Shown in pieces: positions 59,020 to 64,000 of a stretch of 64,000 nt of DNA. How positions within the stretch are numbered: the stretch's first letter is position 1; each line of letters starts with the position of its first letter. The position numbers and the translations under genes are program-made. The DNA is from Terriglobia bacterium. Lineage in GTDB: Bacteria; Acidobacteriota; Terriglobia; 20CM-2-55-15. The DNA lies in the NCBI GenBank assembly GCA_965206125.1, contig CBDBIN010000039.1:10202-74201 (forward strand). The letters are read 5' to 3'. Under the pieces are notes generated by a model. The model had not been told where the DNA came from. It saw only the letters and a program-made list of their open reading frames with translations, and did not search any database.

Positions 59020-60366
59020 CTACGCAGCTGCGGTTCTGCCCCCGCTCATGCCTTGCTGAATCGCCTCAATGATGGCTTGGGTGACGGGGCCACGGACGCC
59101 ATGCGTCACCTCGGCGAGCGCCTCTGGAATCGAAAAGCCTAGGGCAAGAATCTCAGCGCCAGCGGATGTCTGCGCGTTCCGGACCCGGAGCCGAACCGAC
59201 TTGCTCGACCGCGTCGATGACGGATATATGAGGAGGGCCGCCGGGACCGCTTGGCCGCCGGATCCACCGAACGCGTAGGCGTAGAGGAAACCCTGGTACA
59301 CGTCCCTGCTCTCGAGCTTCCGTTCGTCGTAGAGCTTGTACTTTGCATCGACGGCGACACGAGCGGACACGCTGGGATCCTTCGCCTCAATGAGAAGATC
59401 CGGAACCACTCGAGCGTACGGCTGGTTGGTCGATGCGTTCACAATGATGGAGCCATCGCCTCGCTGGTAGTGCACGTGAAATCCAGTACCGACCAGGGAC
59501 TGATCGACGAGGCGGAAGACGAACATCTCGAAGAGCCGGTTCATATCGATCAGGAAGGCAAAGCAGCGCGTCTTTCCGGTGGAGAGCAGGTCTCGTGTGC
59601 CGAGACCGTCGAGAAGCAACCATGCCAGCACGTGGGCGTTGCGATAGTGGTCGTTGAGCCGGTTGTAAGTGACCCCGCGGTACCGAAGGGCGCGGAGATC
59701 AAAATCCTCGGTTTGGCAGACCTCTTGAAACACGGCCAGCAACCTTCGCACGCGCCGCCGTACAGATTCGTGGGTGATATGTGTCGAGCACCAGCCCAAC
59801 GCCGCCGCGAGGAGCTGGTTTTCGACGATGTCCTGCTCGTGCTCATCGAACCGGCAGACGAGTCGGTCGATCTGTCCAAACCGCCTCAGTACTTGCTGAT
59901 CGCCAAGGAGGCGGCCCCGTAGAACAGGGAGTTCGTCTTCACGCTCGACGTAGTCGGCGAGGATGCCACCGCGCAAGATGGCCTCAGTGGCTTCTGCGAG
60001 CAAAAGTGCCAACAAATCCACGAGGCCAGCACCTTCTGCGTTCAATGTCCGTGCGCTTGGGGCTCTGCGGAGTGCCTCGATCCCGGTGGTGAACTCGATC
60101 ATCTCGACCAGTCCACGGTTGGCGCCCGCCAGTTTAGGAACGACGCGCACCTCGAAGCGCTCGAAGCGCACGACTCCGACCCACGAACGTGCCGTGATTC
60201 GCACCCCGCTACGCAACTCATCCACGAGGAGGCGACCCTCCTCTCCGGGCTTGAGGTTCTGCCTAATAAGTTGCTGATCAGCTGGGGTCAGGGTCTCACC
60301 GTCAATGAGTCGGCTTTGCCACTCCCCCAACTCGAACGTCGGCAGGAGAACGTCAGGTCGGTTCAT
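59020..60366 (-). CDS. mcrC: McrC-like subunit of a McrBC type IV restriction system
   Basis: 448 aa. ITARSWVGVVRFERFEVRVVPKL N-terminal motif. C-terminal PD-(D/E)xK-like VPDLLIE...VAVDAKYK. The start overlaps the mcrB stop by 4 nt. Confidence 0.8.
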   Translation of the reverse strand: MNRPDVLLPTFELGEWQSRLIDGETLTPADQQLIRQNLKPGEEGRLLVDELRSGVRITARSWVGVVRFERFEVRVVPKLAGANRGLVEMIEFTTGIEALRRAPSARTLNAEGAGLVDLLALLLAEATEAILRGGILADYVEREDELPVLRGRLLGDQQVLRRFGQIDRLVCRFDEHEQDIVENQLLAAALGWCSTHITHESVRRRVRRLLAVFQEVCQTEDFDLRALRYRGVTYNRLNDHYRNAHVLAWLLLDGLGTRDLLSTGKTRCFAFLIDMNRLFEMFVFRLVDQSLVGTGFHVHYQRGDGSIIVNASTNQPYARVVPDLLIEAKDPSVSARVAVDAKYKLYDERKLESRDVYQGFLYAYAFGGSGGQAVPAALLIYPSSTRSSKSVRLRVRNAQTSAGAEILALGFSIPEALAEVTHGVRGPVTQAIIEAIQQGMSGGRTAAA

Positions 60367-60821
60367 GCAACGCCTCCATCGCTTCGGCCGAATTCATCCT
60401 CGAGCGCAGCCAACAAAGCGTCCGTGTCGGTAAGCGTTTCGTGGTCTAACGTTTGCGATTCCTTGTCGACCAGCTTGCCGCCGATGTACGACGCCAGAGT
60501 CACATAATCGTCGTAGCAGTACTCCTGCAGAAGCGGCAGGATTTCCTGCCGGAACCGTCGCGCGAACTCGTCCGGATCGCTAACCGGCTCATCTCCCTCG
60601 AGGAGGAACGAGTGCCCAATCTGTTTCTCTCGACCCTCGGTCCTCGCGATCCGACGGTTCAGTTCGTCCAGAAAGTCATCGAGCGCGAGCGTGCCTACCT
60701 TCGCGGCCCGGAGTACGTCGGTATTCGGCATCAGCTCAACGAACGCGAATCGGCGGCGCAATGCTGTGTCGAGAAGCTTCACGCTTCTATCAGCGGTGTT
60801 CATGGTGCCGAGCAAGTAAAC
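60363..60821 (-). pseudogene. mcrB: mcrB 3-prime portion (downstream of IS insertion)
   Basis: LLGTMNTADRSVKLLDTALRRRFAFVEL is the McrB C-terminal AAA+ signature. It continues the frame of 62262..64000 once the IS and one target-duplication copy are removed. Confidence 0.85.
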
Positions 60822-62261
60822 GAAAGTGTGCCAATCTTAGTTGGAAATTGAAACGGCTCCAAACCCTATGGTTTGATGGTATTGGAAGAAACAACATCAA
60901 GCCTGTAAGAGAAAGGAGCCGAGATGAGGAGTCTGTTACGTTCGGTGAAAAAACGCAAGAAGAGGCGAGTACTGGGTGAGGTCGAGGTCATGAGCCGGGA
61001 GGAGTACTCGGGACTGGAATTGGACTCGAAGGTGGAGATGATCCGGGCGTTGATCCCACTGGGGTTGATGCACGTAGAGGAGTTGCTCGACGAGGAAGTG
61101 AAGGCGTTGGCGGGTGAGCGATACGCGCGAAAGGAGGCGACGTTGAGGGGCCGGCGACACGGGAGCAATCCGGGGACCGTGGGGCTCGGGGGCCAGCGGG
61201 TGCCGGTTCGGGTGCCTCGAGTTCGCAGCGTGGCGGGCGGGGAGATTCCGCTTCGGAGCTACGAGGAACTCAGTCCGGATGGCGCGGTGAACGAACTGCT
61301 TCTCAGACGTGTGCTTTATGGGATCTCCTGCCGGAACTACGAGTCGGCCGCGGAAGCGATTCCAGGAGCCATCGGATTGTCGAGCTCGACGGTGTCTCGA
61401 GGATTCGTCCAGGCGAGTGCCGCGAAACTTCGGCAGATGCAGGAGCGGGATCTGTCGGCCGAGGACGTGGTGGCGATCTTCCTGGACGGGAAAATGTTTG
61501 CCGACGCCACGATGGTTGTGGCCCTGGGCATCACAATTACGGGCGACAAACGCTTCTTAGGCTTCGTGGAGACGAGTACGGAGAACGAGCAGGTACTGAC
61601 TCCGTTTCTCCGTTCATTGATGGAGCGAGGCCTGGACATCTCTGAAGGCGTGCTGGTGATCGTCGACGGCGGCAAAGGTCTGCGCGCGGCAGTCAAGCGG
61701 GCATTCGGTAATCGAGCCCTGGTCCAACGCTGCCAATGGCACAAACGCGAGAACGTGGTGAGCTACCTGTCGAAGACCGAGCAAGCCGCGTGGCGCAAGC
61801 GGCTTCAGCGTGCGTACCAGCGCCCGGAGTACAACGAAGCCCGGGCGGCCCTCGAACAGCTCCATGGAGAGCTCGAGGAGCGAAACCAATCGGCCGCTGC
61901 GAGCCTTGAGGAAGGCCTGGAGGAGACCCTCACGTTGCATCGACTCGGCGTGTACGGGGTCCTGGGCCGTTCGTTCAAGACGACGAATTGCTTGGAATCG
62001 GTCAATGCCCTCGTCGAGGAAAGGTGCGCGAAGGTCGATCATTGGAAGAACTCGAGCCAGCGGCAGCGCTGGTTGGCGACGGCGCTCATCGACATCGAAC
62101 GACGCTTGAGGAAGGTGATCGGCTACCGTCATCTTCCAAAGCTCCGCGAAGCCCTCAGGCGGGAGCTGAAGATTGAGGCGAAGACGTCGACGAGATCGAA
62201 GAAGAAGGTTGCGTGACCAATCGTGAGCCGTGGAGAGTTTCAACTAAGAATGGGCTTGACT
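60822..62261 (+). mobile_element. IS256-family insertion sequence (1440 bp) with 9-bp target-site duplication
   Basis: Direct repeat CAAGTAAAC at 60813-60821 and 62262-62270. Imperfect ~37-bp terminal IRs share ...TCTTAGTTG.AAA...ACGGCTC. Single transposase ORF. Confidence 0.9.
60924..62216 (+). CDS. IS256-family (Mutator-like) transposase
   Basis: LDSKVEMIRALIPLGLMHVEELLDEEVKALAGERYAR, VAIFLDGKMF, LVIVDGGKGL, QRCQWHKREN, NCLESVNALVEER. The start could be the internal ATG (MSREEY). Confidence 0.9.
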   Translation: MRSLLRSVKKRKKRRVLGEVEVMSREEYSGLELDSKVEMIRALIPLGLMHVEELLDEEVKALAGERYARKEATLRGRRHGSNPGTVGLGGQRVPVRVPRVRSVAGGEIPLRSYEELSPDGAVNELLLRRVLYGISCRNYESAAEAIPGAIGLSSSTVSRGFVQASAAKLRQMQERDLSAEDVVAIFLDGKMFADATMVVALGITITGDKRFLGFVETSTENEQVLTPFLRSLMERGLDISEGVLVIVDGGKGLRAAVKRAFGNRALVQRCQWHKRENVVSYLSKTEQAAWRKRLQRAYQRPEYNEARAALEQLHGELEERNQSAAASLEEGLEETLTLHRLGVYGVLGRSFKTTNCLESVNALVEERCAKVDHWKNSSQRQRWLATALIDIERRLRKVIGYRHLPKLREALRRELKIEAKTSTRSKKKVA

Positions 62262-64000
62262 CAAGTAAACATTCGGTGGGATGCAGAAGCTGTCCTTGCT
62301 CTGCGGCAGCGTTAACAACAGGCCGCGCTTATCCATCTCAAGGAGTGTGATCATCTCGCCGAACACTTTCGCCACGTTGGCACGATTGATCTCGTCGATG
62401 AGCACAAGAAATGGCTTGGTCGGATGCGCGAGAGCTGCGAGGCAGACGCGCTTGAACATGCCGTCCGCGAGACGAAGCGACAGCGCTCCGTCGCCGACAT
62501 CATGCGGTCGAAAGCCTTCGACAAAATCCTCATAGCTATAGGACGGGTGGAACGTCAGACGCGTGAGGGGGCCCACCGCATCACTGTCGTCATCGATATG
62601 GGGCTGGAGGCCGGGGTCGCGCTCGGCCAGGAGCGACAGAGCGTAATCTGCTTCATCGGCGGTGAGCTCGAAGAGTGTTCCTTGGTTGCGGAACCGCATG
62701 GGCTCAGACCCCTGGAGCACACGATCTGCGGCCAACTCATCGTAGCTGAGTCCGTTCTTGATCGGGGCAACCGCCTCGACCTCGATGCTTGGGTCCTTCC
62801 CATCGCGCTGGCCAAACGCCTGAGTGACGCGCGCGAGCGCCACGACCCGTTTGTCCGGGGTGGATTGGTACCCGATCACGAGATCGCCAATCTTCACATG
62901 CGGGTAGTTGCGCCGAAGGCGGCCGTACCGGTAACTGACCCGCTTCTCTTTGAAGAGCCTGTCCCAGTTCCACTCTTTGGGGTTGGCAACGATCCACCAG
63001 ACACGCCGTGATATTTGGCTAGTGGACAGGCGACGCTCCGCAGCGTCAAATTTCTCAGGGTCGGCGAGAGCTGCTTGTACCTCTCCTGCCAGACCCTGGC
63101 GCTGAAGGAGCCAAGCGACGGCGAATCGGCGTGCGCGGTAAGTCTTCCCGGTCCCGGGTGGGCCGTACAATATCACTTGGCCCTTGCGCTCTATCGCTTC
63201 TTCGATCTCGCGCAGAAGCGGCTCGGCCGGGGTCACCAATGCCTCACCAACGATGGCTCTATGGAGGGCCGCTGGCACGGAAGCCACGGTGACAAGAGCC
63301 CACCGTTTCTGCGGCGGGATTTCTTTCGCGTACGAGGTGTTCCACTTGATCCGCACCGTATGGCAGTAGTCCGGACGCTCCGGTTTCCACATGTACCCTG
63401 GCTCGGCGACCTCCCCTAGAGCAAGGATTTGCGACGTGCCCTTGTTCGCGACCACGATGTCGCCTGGCTCGAGTTCCATCAGTGTCCAGAGCTCATTGGC
63501 CTTCTTGCTGATTGCCGGCCTGTGGTTGTTGTATGTTCCGGCGAATTCTTTCTCGAACCGTGCGCGGAACGCCTCCTTGGATGGGAACTCGCGAAGGTCT
63601 CCAACCTCGCCCCAGCCGACGCAGATATATCCTTCATGTAGGCAGTCGTCCCAATATTTCGCGTCCACTCCAGGCGCAATCTTGACAATGCGGCGTTCCG
63701 CACGTGGATCCGCCCAGCTGTACAAGAACCGCACGACTTCTTGCGTCGACCAGCCCTCAAACTCCGGGCGTTTAATCACATTCGTGAGTAGCGCTCGATT
63801 GAGGCGCACCGCACCGAGGCTGCGGTCGCCGGCCTCGGGTCCCTCGAGAAGCCGCAGAAAGTGCCGAATGTGTTGCTGGGAATATACAGGGAGGATCGCG
63901 TCAGGAAAATACAGGTGGAGCGCCTTGAGGCACAGCGCGGGGCCGCCAGCAAGCGGCGTTAAGTTGTCGATGGTATGCCAATCACTGACACCCGCGTCAT
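62262..64000 (-). pseudogene. mcrB: mcrB 5-prime portion (McrB-like AAA+ GTPase with EVE/PUA-like modules); 5-prime end beyond right edge
   Basis: ILYGPPGTGKTY Walker A, LTFHPSYSYEDFVEGFRP, FLVLIDEINRANVAKVFGEMITLLE. Hand translation shows the frame stays open upstream of track start 63809 to base 64000. Confidence 0.85.

Overview
High-GC bacterial DNA that reads as a heavily rearranged defence and mobile-element island. All calls come from reading the six-frame track and hand-translating; no searches were run. Housekeeping-type genes: a partial secreted PPDK_N-like/FN3 protein running off the left edge (absent from the ORF track), a LuxR-type regulator, a TonB-dependent receptor, a 1247-aa YVTN/LRR/metzincin protein, a TPR protein and a divergent katG-oxyR pair. 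Mobile debris: one intact IS6-family element plus a truncated copy, a solo IR and an unrelated IS6 fragment; remnants of IS3 (x2), IS21, IS30 (two halves 9 kb apart), IS481-like and IS1380; an intact IS256-family element with a 9-bp target duplication inside mcrB; one full-length group II intron and at least two 5-prime-truncated ones plus ORF-less intron-like RNA; truncated large serine recombinase, two resolvase fragments, two P4-type integrase 3-prime fragments, and a parA/RHH partition module. Two toxin-antitoxin pairs (ParE/RelE-Phd, VapBC). Defence candidates: (i) a compact Ubl-E2-JAB-E1 ubiquitin-like conjugation operon (32.7-35.7 kb) whose E2 carries a 24-bp in-frame tandem repeat, followed by a zinc-ribbon/HEPN-like gene and an Mrr-like nuclease; (ii) a TRIP13-unknown-HORMA-like-CD-NTase operon (type III CBASS-like, unusual order) next to an XRE regulator, a 4-TM protein broken by one in-frame TAG, and a Fic protein; (iii) McrBC with mcrB split by the IS; (iv) a DUF4062 protein and a PIN-like protein. 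No rRNA, tRNA or CRISPR array was recognised. Many long track ORFs are antisense shadows typical of high-GC DNA.
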